NCBI GenBank assembly: GCA_902767375.1
Contig: CACXGV010000048.1
Location: 1-46,987 of the forward strand
Direction of reading: 5' to 3'
Origin: an uncultured Erysipelotrichaceae bacterium
GTDB taxonomy: Bacteria; Bacillota_I; Bacilli_A; RF39; UBA660
DNA length: 46,987 nt
Made by a program: the position numbers and the translations under genes. Shown one piece after another: positions 37,181 through 46,772 of the stretch (its first letter is position 1; every line of letters starts with the position of its first letter). A model generated the notes under the pieces. The model did no database searches, was not told the DNA's origin, and saw nothing but the letters and a program-made list of their open reading frames with translations.

Positions 37181-37763
37181 CATTTAATTGTTTTTCAATT
37201 ATGTCTAATATTTCTTCTTTACCTTTTTTAGTTATACTTGAAAAATATATAATTAAATCATTTGAATCTAGTTTTAATGCTTCTTTTATGGTTTGCATAT
37301 TTTTATCTCGTTGACTAGATTTAATCTTATCGTATTTAGTAGCAATAATAGTTACAGGAATATTATAATATTTTAAATAATCATACATGAGTTTATCATT
37401 TTCAGTTGGTTTTATGCGCCCATCAATTAGCATAAATACTGTTTTTAAATTAGTTCTTTCTTGAAGATACTCTTCAATCATAAGACCAAATTTCTTTTGG
37501 GTTGCTTTATCAACAGATGCATAGCCGTATCCAGGTACATCAACTAGGTAAAAATCATCATTACATATGTAGAAATTTAATGTTTGTGTCTTTCCAGGAG
37601 TACTTGATGTTTTAGCATAGTTTTTGCGGCCTATAAGGGTATTAATAAAACTACTCTTGCCTACATTACTACGACCTACTAAAAGGAATTCAGGTTTATT
37701 ATCGGTAGGATATTGAGTATTTCTTACTGCAATTACATTTAAATTTGAACTTTCAATTTTCAT
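37176..37763 (-). CDS. ysxC: Ribosome biogenesis GTPase YsxC/EngB; true start probably 37763, not 37919
   Basis: GRSNVGKSS, TPGKT, DVPGYGYA, TKYD; SD GAGAGTG before MKIESS. Confidence 0.96.
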   Translation of the reverse strand: MKIESSNLNVIAVRNTQYPTDNKPEFLLVGRSNVGKSSFINTLIGRKNYAKTSSTPGKTQTLNFYICNDDFYLVDVPGYGYASVDKATQKKFGLMIEEYLQERTNLKTVFMLIDGRIKPTENDKLMYDYLKYYNIPVTIIATKYDKIKSSQRDKNMQTIKEALKLDSNDLIIYFSSITKKGKEEILDIIEKQLND

Positions 37764-37875
37764 AAAATCACTCTCACTACGTATTATAAAGGAAATGTTA
37801 ATGAAATGCAAATACTTAGCGGAATATATGGAAAAAAAAGACGTTTTAAAGTATAATTTTAAGTGGTGAGGCAAA

Positions 37876-38442
37876 TTGTTATATCCAAATAAAATAAAGA
37901 AAGAAAGTAAAAGTAACATTTCATATGCAAATCGTGGGATGGATCTTGAATATTTAATAAATGAAGCTAATAAATATTATTTAGATAATGATATAGCTGT
38001 AATATATAAAAAGCCTACTCCTATTCAAATTAACAAAGTTAGTTTTGCTAAGGGTATGCCAGAAGTAGTAAAAGGAAAGTTTAATCAAAAATCCACTTTA
38101 GATTATGTTGGTCTATATAAAGGAAAATATTTAGATTTTGATGCTAAGAAAACCTTAAATAAAACTTCTTTTCCACTTGAAAATATTCATAGTCATCAGA
38201 TAAAACATATTGAAAGGATTATAAAACATGGAGGTATTGCTTTTCTACTAATAGAAATATGCGGAGAATTGTATTATTTTCCAGGAGAAAAACTAATTGA
38301 TTTTATTAGACTTGAAAAAAGGAAAAGTATTCCATATAATTATATTAAGGAACATGGTTATATGATAAAGTATAGTTATTGTCCAGTAATTGATTATTTA
38401 AAAATAATTGAACAATTATATTTTAAGAAAGAAAGGGATTAA
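37876..38442 (+). CDS. recU: Holliday junction resolvase RecU (TTG start)
   Basis: NRGM.LE, KKPTPIQI, STLDYVG.YKG, FDAK, HQI.H; upstream of PBP1A. Confidence 0.96.
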   Translation: MLYPNKIKKESKSNISYANRGMDLEYLINEANKYYLDNDIAVIYKKPTPIQINKVSFAKGMPEVVKGKFNQKSTLDYVGLYKGKYLDFDAKKTLNKTSFPLENIHSHQIKHIERIIKHGGIAFLLIEICGELYYFPGEKLIDFIRLEKRKSIPYNYIKEHGYMIKYSYCPVIDYLKIIEQLYFKKERD

Positions 38443-38444
38443 TA

Positions 38445-41216
38445 ATGAAAAAGAAGATTATTAAAACAAAACCTTCAAATGAGAATAAAGTGAGCCAATT
38501 AAAAAAATTTGGCAAAAGATGGAAAAAAGGAAATATTGGGGAAAAAATATTAACAATTATTATGATTTTTTTAGTACTAATATTTATGGCAGTAATAGCA
38601 TTTGCTCTTTATATTGTTATTTCAGCACCAGATTTTGATGCAGAAAAACTTTATACTAAAGAGGCAAGTATTATTTATGATTCGGCTGGTAATGAAATTG
38701 CAAGACTTGGTACAGAAAACCGTGAAAGAGTTACTTATGATGATTTGCCAGAGGTATTTATTGATGCTTTAATAGCAACAGAAGATTCAAGATTTTTTCA
38801 ACATAGTGGCGTTGATATGGCAAGATTTATTAAAGCAACTGCTGGTCAGCTTCTTGGTAGAAGCGGTGCCGGAGGTGCATCTACACTAACAATGCAAATT
38901 GCAAAGCAAAGAATAAATGGTAATGAAGCATCTGGAATCAAAGGTATTATTCGTAAATTTTCAGATATTTATGTTGCTGTATTTAAATTAGAAAAAAATT
39001 ATACTAAAGAACAAATTATTGAACTATATGTAAATATTCCTCAATTTAGTGGTAATGCATGGGGAATTGAACAAGCTAGTCAAAAATATTTTAATAAATC
39101 AATTAGCGAAGTTACTTTATCTGAAGCCGCCCTACTTGCTGGTTTATTCCAAGCACCTAGTGCTTATAATCCATTTAGTTATCCAGATAAAGCTGAAGCG
39201 AGACGTAATCAGGTTTTAAACTTAATGGAAAGACATGGTTATATCTCTAAAGAAGAGTGTGAACTGGCTAAATCTATTAAAGTACAAGACTTAGTAGTTA
39301 AAAATGGTAGTACAAATAATATTAATCAAGGATTTATTAATACAGTTATAGAAGAAGTTAAGAAAAGAACTGGAAATGATCCTTATAGAGTTTCTATGAA
39401 AATATACTCTACTATGGTTCAAGAAAAGCAAGATGTTGTAAATGATATTTATGAAGGTAAAATTTATAAATGGCCTAATGATGCTATTCAAGCTGGTATA
39501 GCTGTTACAGATGTTAAAACTGGTGCATTAATTGCAGTTGGGGCATCTCGTCAAAAAGGTGAACTTGTATATAATTATGCAACTATGATTAATAGACACC
39601 CGGGTTCATCTGCTAAACCTTTATTTGATTATGGTCCTGCTATTGAATACTTAAATTGGTCAACTGGTACAACACTAGTAGATGATGTTTATACGTATAG
39701 TAATGGTGCATATATTAAAAACTGGGATAATGGTTACCGTGGCATAATGACTGTTAAAACAGCTCTTGCTTCATCTAGAAATATCCCTGCTCTACAAGCA
39801 TTCCAAGCAGTTAATCAAGATGACATTAGAAAATTTGTTACCGGTTTAGGTATTAAACCACAATATGATAAAGGCTCTACATTTATTAATGAATCTCATA
39901 GTATTGGTGGATTTAATGGAGTTAATCCTTTAGTAATGTCAGCTGCTTATGGTGCGTTTGCTCGAGGTGGCGTTTATATTGAACCATATTCATTTACTAA
40001 AGTAGAATATTTAGATTCTGGTGAGGTTTATACTGTTACTCCAGAAAAAAGAACAGTTATGAGTGATGCAACTGCATATATGATTAATATGATTTTAAAA
40101 TATGCTGTTACTTCAAATAATGTCACTGCTGGTTCTAAGAGTGGAACTGATATTGCTAGTAAGACAGGTACTTCTACTATTCCTTCAGCACTTAAGCAAC
40201 AAGAAAAAATTACTGGTAATGTAATTGGCGATTCATGGCAAGTTTCTTATTCCCCAAAATATGTATGTGCAGTATGGGTTGGTTATGATGAAACTACTCA
40301 CGAACATTATTTAACAAGTAAAGTTGGTGGTGGTGCTCGTAAAGAACTATCAAAATTATTAACCAAGGGAATTCAAGAGTCTGGATATACATGGAAAAAG
40401 CCAAATTCTGTTGTTTCAGCTACGATTGAACTTGAGACTATTCCACTACAACTTGCAAGTGATTATACACCTTCAAAATTAAAGAGTACTGAGTATTTTA
40501 AAGCTGGAACTGTTCCTGATGAAGTATCTACAAGATTTAGTAAATTGGAAGCTCCATCAAATTTAAAAGCTTCTTATACCAATGGTCAAGTTAGTTTAAC
40601 ATGGAGTGCTATTAAAACTCCTGATGCTATTGATACAAATTATTTAACAGAATATTTTAAGAATGGTTATAAAACATTCGCAGATAAATACTTAAAGAAA
40701 CGTTTAGAATACAATAGTAATAATATTGGGGTAAATGGATATCAAGTATATATTAGTAATTCATCTGGTGGTTATACTGATTTAGGATTTACAACTAATC
40801 CTTATTATACTTACACAGGAATGCTTACTGATAGTAGAACATTTATGGTTAGATCTGCATATTCTAAATTTAAAGATAATATGAGTAGTGGTGTTACTGT
40901 TACAGTTAATCCTACGGGAGAGGTTTTACCTTCTCCAACTACTAATTGGAAAATTGAACTTAATGGTAATTATTCTATGACTGTTCAAGAATATTATAAT
41001 TTTGTAAATGCTGGAAATTTACCGGTAAAAGTTACTGATGAAGGATTTGACGTTACTAAAAATGCTAAGATAAATACTCCTACATGTTTTGATGAAAATA
41101 ACAATGAAGTATCTTGCTCTACATTAGATTGTAATGAAAAATATTCAATTCAGCATTCTGTAACATATAATAATAAGACGAAAGTTGTTTCTAGAGAACT
41201 TACTCCAGGATGTTAA
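38445..41216 (+). CDS. ponA: Class A penicillin-binding protein 1A
   Basis: EDSRFFQH, GASTLTMQ, SSAK (SxxK), SRN, KTGT, FN3-like C-terminal extension. Confidence 0.96.
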   Translation: MKKKIIKTKPSNENKVSQLKKFGKRWKKGNIGEKILTIIMIFLVLIFMAVIAFALYIVISAPDFDAEKLYTKEASIIYDSAGNEIARLGTENRERVTYDDLPEVFIDALIATEDSRFFQHSGVDMARFIKATAGQLLGRSGAGGASTLTMQIAKQRINGNEASGIKGIIRKFSDIYVAVFKLEKNYTKEQIIELYVNIPQFSGNAWGIEQASQKYFNKSISEVTLSEAALLAGLFQAPSAYNPFSYPDKAEARRNQVLNLMERHGYISKEECELAKSIKVQDLVVKNGSTNNINQGFINTVIEEVKKRTGNDPYRVSMKIYSTMVQEKQDVVNDIYEGKIYKWPNDAIQAGIAVTDVKTGALIAVGASRQKGELVYNYATMINRHPGSSAKPLFDYGPAIEYLNWSTGTTLVDDVYTYSNGAYIKNWDNGYRGIMTVKTALASSRNIPALQAFQAVNQDDIRKFVTGLGIKPQYDKGSTFINESHSIGGFNGVNPLVMSAAYGAFARGGVYIEPYSFTKVEYLDSGEVYTVTPEKRTVMSDATAYMINMILKYAVTSNNVTAGSKSGTDIASKTGTSTIPSALKQQEKITGNVIGDSWQVSYSPKYVCAVWVGYDETTHEHYLTSKVGGGARKELSKLLTKGIQESGYTWKKPNSVVSATIELETIPLQLASDYTPSKLKSTEYFKAGTVPDEVSTRFSKLEAPSNLKASYTNGQVSLTWSAIKTPDAIDTNYLTEYFKNGYKTFADKYLKKRLEYNSNNIGVNGYQVYISNSSGGYTDLGFTTNPYYTYTGMLTDSRTFMVRSAYSKFKDNMSSGVTVTVNPTGEVLPSPTTNWKIELNGNYSMTVQEYYNFVNAGNLPVKVTDEGFDVTKNAKINTPTCFDENNNEVSCSTLDCNEKYSIQHSVTYNNKTKVVSRELTPGC

Positions 41217-41243
41217 AAAAGAACGCTATTTAGCGTTCTTTTT
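41217..41243. terminator. Bidirectional terminator between ponA and nth
   Basis: AAAAGAACGCT-ATTT-AGCGTTCTTTT. Confidence 0.85.
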
Positions 41244-41840
41244 ACATTGTTTTTTAAATTTACAAATATCACAATTTGGGTTAATACTTTTGCAGGTGTA
41301 TCTACCAAATAATAGTAATTGTTCCCCTACTTTATTCCATTTCTTTTTAGGAATAATTTGCATTAGCGTATTCTCTATTTTATTAGGGTCTTCTTCATTA
41401 TTTACTAGGCCAAGTCGATTAGATACTCTAATAACATGAGTATCTACTGGTATACATGGAACGTTATAAATATTCTTAAGTACTACATTAGCAGTTTTGC
41501 GACCAACTCCTGGAAGAGACTCCAAGTACTTTCGATTATTTGGAACATTACCATTATAATTTTTAACTAGGCTGTCTGCTGCTTCAATTAAATATTTTGC
41601 TTTTTTGGTATAAGATCCACAAGGTCTTATTATATTTTCAATATCTTTGATGTCAGCTTTAGCAAGCGAAAATATATCATACTTTTTAAACAAATCTTTA
41701 GTAACAATATTTACTCTTTTATCAGTGCACTGTGCACTAAGAATAGTTGCTAAGAGTAGTTCGTAATCTTTTTCATAATCTAGTTCACATTTATATGTTG
41801 GAACATGATAGTCTAATTTTTGATAAAAGCTAGTCTTCAT
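41226..41840 (-). CDS. nth: Endonuclease III
   Basis: LSAQCTD, LPGVGRKTANVV, VDTHV, C-x6-C-x2-C-x5-C Fe-S motif. Confidence 0.97.
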   Translation of the reverse strand: MKTSFYQKLDYHVPTYKCELDYEKDYELLLATILSAQCTDKRVNIVTKDLFKKYDIFSLAKADIKDIENIIRPCGSYTKKAKYLIEAADSLVKNYNGNVPNNRKYLESLPGVGRKTANVVLKNIYNVPCIPVDTHVIRVSNRLGLVNNEEDPNKIENTLMQIIPKKKWNKVGEQLLLFGRYTCKSINPNCDICKFKKQCKKNAK

Positions 41841-42486
41841 CTTCTAACCAATTATATTCAAATAATAATTTATTATCATTTTTTGAATCTTTTTCCTCTG
41901 TTTTCTTTTTTAGATGATTATTTACATCTTCCATTGTTTTGAACCCCTTACGGCCCCATTCATAAATAATACGATCGATATATCTTAGATTACTTACACC
42001 GCTAAATGTTGCTTCTTTTAAAGCTCCAATGATTAAATCTTCGTTCATACCACTTTTAACCCATTCATTAATCATTTCATATTCCATTGGGCTTAGTGGT
42101 CTTCCAAACTCTTTTTCAAAGATTTCAAAGATATTTTTTTGACTTTTATTTTTTATAGTTGTGTTTAAATCACTGACTATTGCACGATATACATTTGAAA
42201 GATCTATTTCTTCATTAACTTTTCCATCTTTTCCTTTACTCATTTTTATGGTTAGCAAGCCTTTTTCTGTTAATAGTGTAAATCCTTCTAGAATTTCTTT
42301 TTCTTCTAGAAAAGTAACTGTTTTGATATAATTAGTATCTAGTGTAGGATTATCTTGATTTAAAAAATATACTAATAATAATAATTCTTCAATAGATAGT
42401 TTATAGTCTTTAACAATTTTAAATAATTGCTTTTTAAAAGTATAATCTTTATCTTTAACTAATCCTTCTAATACACTATTACTCAT
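41830..42486 (-). CDS. dnaD: Primosomal protein DnaD
   Basis: FEKEFGRPLSPME, ALKEA, YIDRII.EW; upstream of nth. Confidence 0.93.
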   Translation of the reverse strand: MSNSVLEGLVKDKDYTFKKQLFKIVKDYKLSIEELLLLVYFLNQDNPTLDTNYIKTVTFLEEKEILEGFTLLTEKGLLTIKMSKGKDGKVNEEIDLSNVYRAIVSDLNTTIKNKSQKNIFEIFEKEFGRPLSPMEYEMINEWVKSGMNEDLIIGALKEATFSGVSNLRYIDRIIYEWGRKGFKTMEDVNNHLKKKTEEKDSKNDNKLLFEYNWLEDED

Positions 42487-42491
42487 TTATA

Positions 42492-43574
42492 TCACTTCCA
42501 CTTTTGTAATAAATATTTTTTGATTTCTTCATAATCATTTTTAAGACTATTTGTAATAATATTCAATTCAATATCATTATATACATCTTTTAATTTTTTG
42601 CTTGGTTTAATATTTAATATATTAATTATATCAATATTATTTATACAGATATCCTTGCGGCTTTTAATTTGCATATTAGCGTACATATTATTTATTTCTT
42701 GTTTATTTATTTTTAGCACACTTGCTGCTACTTGGCATATATATAGTCCCTCTTTATATAATGTTAAACAATCTATTTTTCCTTGTTTTGTAATTTCTCT
42801 TATTTTATTGATTACTTTTAAATTATCTTTTGTAAAAGGATAATTTGGGGAAAAAGAAATTTGGGACCATATTGCTAATAAATCTGAACTATGTATTATT
42901 TTATCATAATTTATTTCTAATGCTGATAATAAATCTAATTCTTTTAAAAATTTTAAACCTTTTAAGACATTTTTGGATGAAAAAATCTTATCTAGTTCTT
43001 CTTTCTTTCTTGTATAACTTAAATTCTTTATTAAATCTTTATGTAGATTTATAAAATTAATTATTTCATCATCAAGCTTAAAACCCAAGATTATTGAAAA
43101 TCTGATAGCTCGTAAAATTCTTAATGGATCTTCAGTTAATTTTTCATCGGTATTACCGATTACCTTAATTAAGTGATTTTCTAAATCTTTTTGGCCATTT
43201 AAGTAGTCAAAGATTGTTCCTTCTTTGTTCATGCAGATGGAATTAATCGTAAAATCTCTTCTTTTAATATCCAGTATGAGATTATTGGTATATTCTACTG
43301 TTTGAGGTCTACGATTTTCATAATTTGATTCTTTACGATAGGTAGTAATGTCAAAATTGTATTTACCATTTTTTATCGTGATTGAACCATAAGATGATGT
43401 TTCTTTTTTGATGTTAAAGATATTGATTACATCTTTTGGTAGTGCATTAGTTGAGATGTCAACATCTAACGATTTTATGCCTAATAGATAATCTCTAACA
43501 TATCCTCCTACAATATATGCTTCAAAGCCATTTTCTTCGATTTTTTCTAAGATATTTTTAATTTCTATATCCAT
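42492..43574 (-). CDS. cca: CCA tRNA nucleotidyltransferase (class II)
   Basis: VGGYVRD, DVDIST, RRDFTIN, EDPLRILRAIRF. Confidence 0.92.
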   Translation of the reverse strand: MDIEIKNILEKIEENGFEAYIVGGYVRDYLLGIKSLDVDISTNALPKDVINIFNIKKETSSYGSITIKNGKYNFDITTYRKESNYENRRPQTVEYTNNLILDIKRRDFTINSICMNKEGTIFDYLNGQKDLENHLIKVIGNTDEKLTEDPLRILRAIRFSIILGFKLDDEIINFINLHKDLIKNLSYTRKKEELDKIFSSKNVLKGLKFLKELDLLSALEINYDKIIHSSDLLAIWSQISFSPNYPFTKDNLKVINKIREITKQGKIDCLTLYKEGLYICQVAASVLKINKQEINNMYANMQIKSRKDICINNIDIINILNIKPSKKLKDVYNDIELNIITNSLKNDYEEIKKYLLQKWK

Positions 43575-43622
43575 CTTAACACCTAATTAAAGTATATCAA
43601 ATTAATTATTATTTGTGAACTA

Positions 43623-43772
43623 TTAACATACTCTGCCCGTACGATATCTATTTAATGATGAGCCAATTGCGCGGCCTACTTCTAATAGAATTGATAGAAT
43701 TCTAGAGATGGAGTTTAAAAGATTACCATTTACTTCCCCGCCAGTTATTTTTGCCATATCTTTATCAGCCAT
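43623..43772 (-). CDS. Double-glycine-leader peptide B, 49 aa (not in ORF track)
   Basis: MADKDMAKITGG|EVNGNLLNSISRILSILLEVGRAIGSSLNRYRTGRVC*; ATG overlaps the peptide A stop region by 8 nt. Confidence 0.8.
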   Translation of the reverse strand: MADKDMAKITGGEVNGNLLNSISRILSILLEVGRAIGSSLNRYRTGRVC

Positions 43773-43902
43773 TGCACTTCATTGGCCTAAAGTATCCGTC
43801 TATGATTCCAGCTATGAGACTAAGTCCAGCCCCAAGTATGGCATATATTATCCAACCTTTTCCACCGCCAGTAATATTTTTCATTTCTTTATCTTTAAGC
43901 AT
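43765..43902 (-). CDS. Double-glycine-leader peptide A, 45 aa, class IIb bacteriocin-like (not in ORF track)
   Basis: MLKDKEMKNITGG|GKGWIIYAILGAGLSLIAGIIDGYFRPMKCNG*; SD AGAAAGGA; overlaps the transporter stop by 8 nt. Confidence 0.88.
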   Translation of the reverse strand: MLKDKEMKNITGGGKGWIIYAILGAGLSLIAGIIDGYFRPMKCNG

Positions 43903-45862
43903 TTTCTTCCTTTCTAGCAGTTATTTTAATTATTCGATCAAATGAATAGTTCTCTAAATTATGGCTTACATATATTATTAATTTGTCTTTATAATAATTA
44001 TTTATATTATAAATAATCTTATTACGTAAATTATAACTTATTTCAGATAGGGATTCATCCAATAGTAAAATTTCTTTATCTTGATATAGATTTCTAGCTA
44101 GTATTATTATTTGTTCTTCTCCCCTACTTAAATTATTATCGATAATTGAGTTTAATTTATAATTTTTTTTATTAATAATTTTTTCTATGTATAATAGTTT
44201 AATTATAGTTAAGAATTTATTTTTGTGATACTTTTTATTTAATATAATGTTGTTTATGATAGTATCTTTAAATAGGATATCTTTGTTACTCGAATAAATA
44301 AGATGTTTTTTTATGTCTAGGTTTCTAATATCTTGATTATTTATGGTTATAGTGCCTTCATAATTAGTTATATTTTTACTTATGATATTTAATAATGTTG
44401 ATTTTCCAATCCCATTTGGGCCTTTTATTAATATTTTCTCTTTAGGTTTAATGGTTAGGTAATAATTTTGAAATATTATATTATTATTTATTTTATAACC
44501 TAAATCCTTAATTTTGATATTACCAATTTTAAAGCCTTTTAAGGGTTTTTCTTCTTCAATGTAGTAAATACCATTAATTCTGTCAATTATGCTTTTAAAA
44601 TGGTTTAAATTGCTTAATAGACTATTAAAATATGTTAAACATTCATTATAGTAGCCATATAAAAGAATTATTATAATAATATTAGACAAGTTGTTATTAT
44701 AATTATATATAAATATAAGGACTAATAAAATATCATTAAATATATTATTAATAACAGATAATTTATTTAAATATATATCTAAAGAATATGATTTAATGTT
44801 ATTATCCTTAATATCCTTTTTTAGAATACTTAAAAAATGGTTTTCTAAATGAATATTTTTTATATTAATAAGACTATTAATATATTCAATTAACATATTA
44901 TTTAAGCTACTTTCAGAATCTAAATAGTTTAGATAGTTTGTAAATCCTTTTTTATTAAGTAAATAATAAAATATGATATAAATTATTGATACTACTATTA
45001 GTATTATAGTAAGCTTATAATTTAAATGGTAAAACAATATTAGTATTATGATAAATGAGAATAAGTATATAAAAGAATTTACTAGCTCTTTTATATATAA
45101 ATTCTTGATACTTTGTAAATCATTAATACGAGATATTATTTCTCCGCTACTTTTTAACTGCAAATATGATGAAGGTAAGAAAAAAACATGTTTTAAGTAA
45201 TTATTGATAATCTTAATATTATTATTTTTATCTAAATGCGCTAGTAAAATATTTTTTAAATATATTAAGACATTCTTACTTAAAGCTAGAATTATAAAAA
45301 CAGGTAATTTTTGATAACTTGTTATTAGTGATTTTAGATTGTAAGTATTAATTAATGAAAATAGTATTACCATTATACTTAATAATAAAATAATTATTAT
45401 TTGTAAGTATTCTTGTTTAATGTATGTTTTTATATTATCAAAGAAGTAATTATTCTTCTTATATTTAATTATTCTGTTAATTGGTAAAAGTTTTAATACA
45501 TTTCCAGTTGAAATATTATTATACTCAGTGCTGGACATTTTAACTAATCCTTTAGCAGGGTCCATACATAGATAATAATTATTTTCATTTTTATATACTA
45601 CAATGAAATGATAATAACCATTTTCTAGAGTTTGAACAATATATGGTGGTTTTATTTCTTCTTTATAATATCCATATACTTCAAAGCCGTATCTTTCAGC
45701 AGCCTTTTTTAAATTATAAAAATTTGTTCCTTTATTAGTAGTTAAAGTATCTAACTTTATAATTTCTAGTGGAACAAAGCCACCATAATATTTAATAATT
45801 GATAAAAGACAACTTGCACCACAATCATTATTATCATTCTGCTTTACAATATATTTTTTCAT
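43895..45862 (-). CDS. C39 peptidase-containing ABC transporter (PCAT)
   Basis: QNDNNDCG (Cys), YHFIVV (His), DPAKG (Asp); TMD; GPNGIGKST, LSRGE, LLLDE, VSH. Confidence 0.92.
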   Translation of the reverse strand: MKKYIVKQNDNNDCGASCLLSIIKYYGGFVPLEIIKLDTLTTNKGTNFYNLKKAAERYGFEVYGYYKEEIKPPYIVQTLENGYYHFIVVYKNENNYYLCMDPAKGLVKMSSTEYNNISTGNVLKLLPINRIIKYKKNNYFFDNIKTYIKQEYLQIIIILLLSIMVILFSLINTYNLKSLITSYQKLPVFIILALSKNVLIYLKNILLAHLDKNNNIKIINNYLKHVFFLPSSYLQLKSSGEIISRINDLQSIKNLYIKELVNSFIYLFSFIIILILFYHLNYKLTIILIVVSIIYIIFYYLLNKKGFTNYLNYLDSESSLNNMLIEYINSLINIKNIHLENHFLSILKKDIKDNNIKSYSLDIYLNKLSVINNIFNDILLVLIFIYNYNNNLSNIIIIILLYGYYNECLTYFNSLLSNLNHFKSIIDRINGIYYIEEEKPLKGFKIGNIKIKDLGYKINNNIIFQNYYLTIKPKEKILIKGPNGIGKSTLLNIISKNITNYEGTITINNQDIRNLDIKKHLIYSSNKDILFKDTIINNIILNKKYHKNKFLTIIKLLYIEKIINKKNYKLNSIIDNNLSRGEEQIIILARNLYQDKEILLLDESLSEISYNLRNKIIYNINNYYKDKLIIYVSHNLENYSFDRIIKITARKEENA

Positions 45863-45878
45863 TTCTCACCCTCTAAAA

Positions 45879-45914
45879 CTTATATTAACGATAAACTGGG
45901 GATTTCCTTTTTTC
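45879..45914 (-). promoter_or_regulatory. sigma-H-like promoter of the PCAT-peptide operon
   Basis: AAAGGAAAT-N12-GTTAATATAAG; second copy at 46738-46772. Confidence 0.6.
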
Positions 45915-45939
45915 TTTGTCATTTTGTTTATAAGTATTT

Positions 45940-45968
45940 AAAAACTGCGTTTTATTTACGCAGTTTTT
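45940..45968 (-). terminator. Intrinsic terminator after the CmpB-family gene
   Basis: AAAAACTGCGT-loop-ACGCAGTTTTT. Confidence 0.8.
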
Positions 45969-46644
45969 TTCTTTTTGAGAAATCTTTTTTTAAGCTCTTT
46001 AATCTTTCAACTCTCCTTGGATTCTTTTCAATATATGGGAAAGCATCAAATAATCTTGTTCTAATACGATTTATTTTTATATTATTATTCTTGGTATATT
46101 CATTTAATATAGTATCTAAGTGACCAGCAATATTATTGGTCCTAATAATATTTATAATACTAGCAGTACTATCTGCAATTAAGATAATTATTATAATTAG
46201 TGAAGCTATCATTCTAGTTTTAGCGGGAATAGATAATACAAAAGCAAATATATATTGATTTGCCAAGTAAATAGTAAATAATCCTCCCACTCCAAAAAGA
46301 GTACTATTTAGAAGACATACTCTTCCATTAATATGATATTTTCGATAGGAATAATCCCACCATTTTCGTTTGAATATTTTTTCAAGGGCAAAACTTGTAA
46401 AATATTCTACACATGAACAAATTATAAAACTGAAAGTAAAAACTACTATCGGATCATTATAATAACCAGTAAGAAGAAAAGTAATTAAAACTCCGCCCAC
46501 TCCATAAATTGGAAGATATGGGCCAATTAAAAAACCTCTATTTACAAGTTTTTTAGTTCTAAAGTATACAAATAATGTTTCGGATATATACCCAATAACA
46601 CAGTAAATAAAGAAAATTAAAAAGTAATAATAGAAATCTTTCAT
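45952..46644 (-). CDS. CmpB-family ('putative ABC transporter permease') membrane protein; start probably 46644
   Basis: NRGFLIGPYLPIYG, WWDYS, NGRVCL; SD AGGAG before MKDFYY; TTGATA-17-TAATAT promoter upstream. Confidence 0.85.
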   Translation of the reverse strand: MKDFYYYFLIFFIYCVIGYISETLFVYFRTKKLVNRGFLIGPYLPIYGVGGVLITFLLTGYYNDPIVVFTFSFIICSCVEYFTSFALEKIFKRKWWDYSYRKYHINGRVCLLNSTLFGVGGLFTIYLANQYIFAFVLSIPAKTRMIASLIIIIILIADSTASIINIIRTNNIAGHLDTILNEYTKNNNIKINRIRTRLFDAFPYIEKNPRRVERLKSLKKDFSKRKKLRK

Positions 46645-46737
46645 ATTAATCTCCTTTAATAAAATATTACTATTTTGATCATAATTTATCAATAAGTTTT
46701 CAACAAAATGGTTTTTTTATCAACAAATTTAGTTTTA

Positions 46738-46772
46738 GAAAAAGGAAATTATTATCTAATAGTTAATATAAG
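46738..46772 (+). promoter_or_regulatory. sigma-H-like promoter upstream of the 18-aa ORF and spoIIIAH-like gene
   Basis: AAAGGAAAT-N12-GTTAATATAAG, same spacing as the PCAT copy. Confidence 0.6.

Noticed and set aside
37764-37919. N-terminal extension of ysxC in the ORF track
   Set aside because: It would overlap the divergent recU start. The SD and homology both begin at 37763.
43708-43945. Plus-strand ORFs 43708-43917 and 43751-43945
   Set aside because: They are antisense to the two double-glycine peptide genes, which have SD/coupling and consensus leaders.
46645-46692. N-terminal extension of the CmpB-family ORF
   Set aside because: The SD AGGAG and a TTGATA-17-TAATAT promoter both point to the ATG at 46644.
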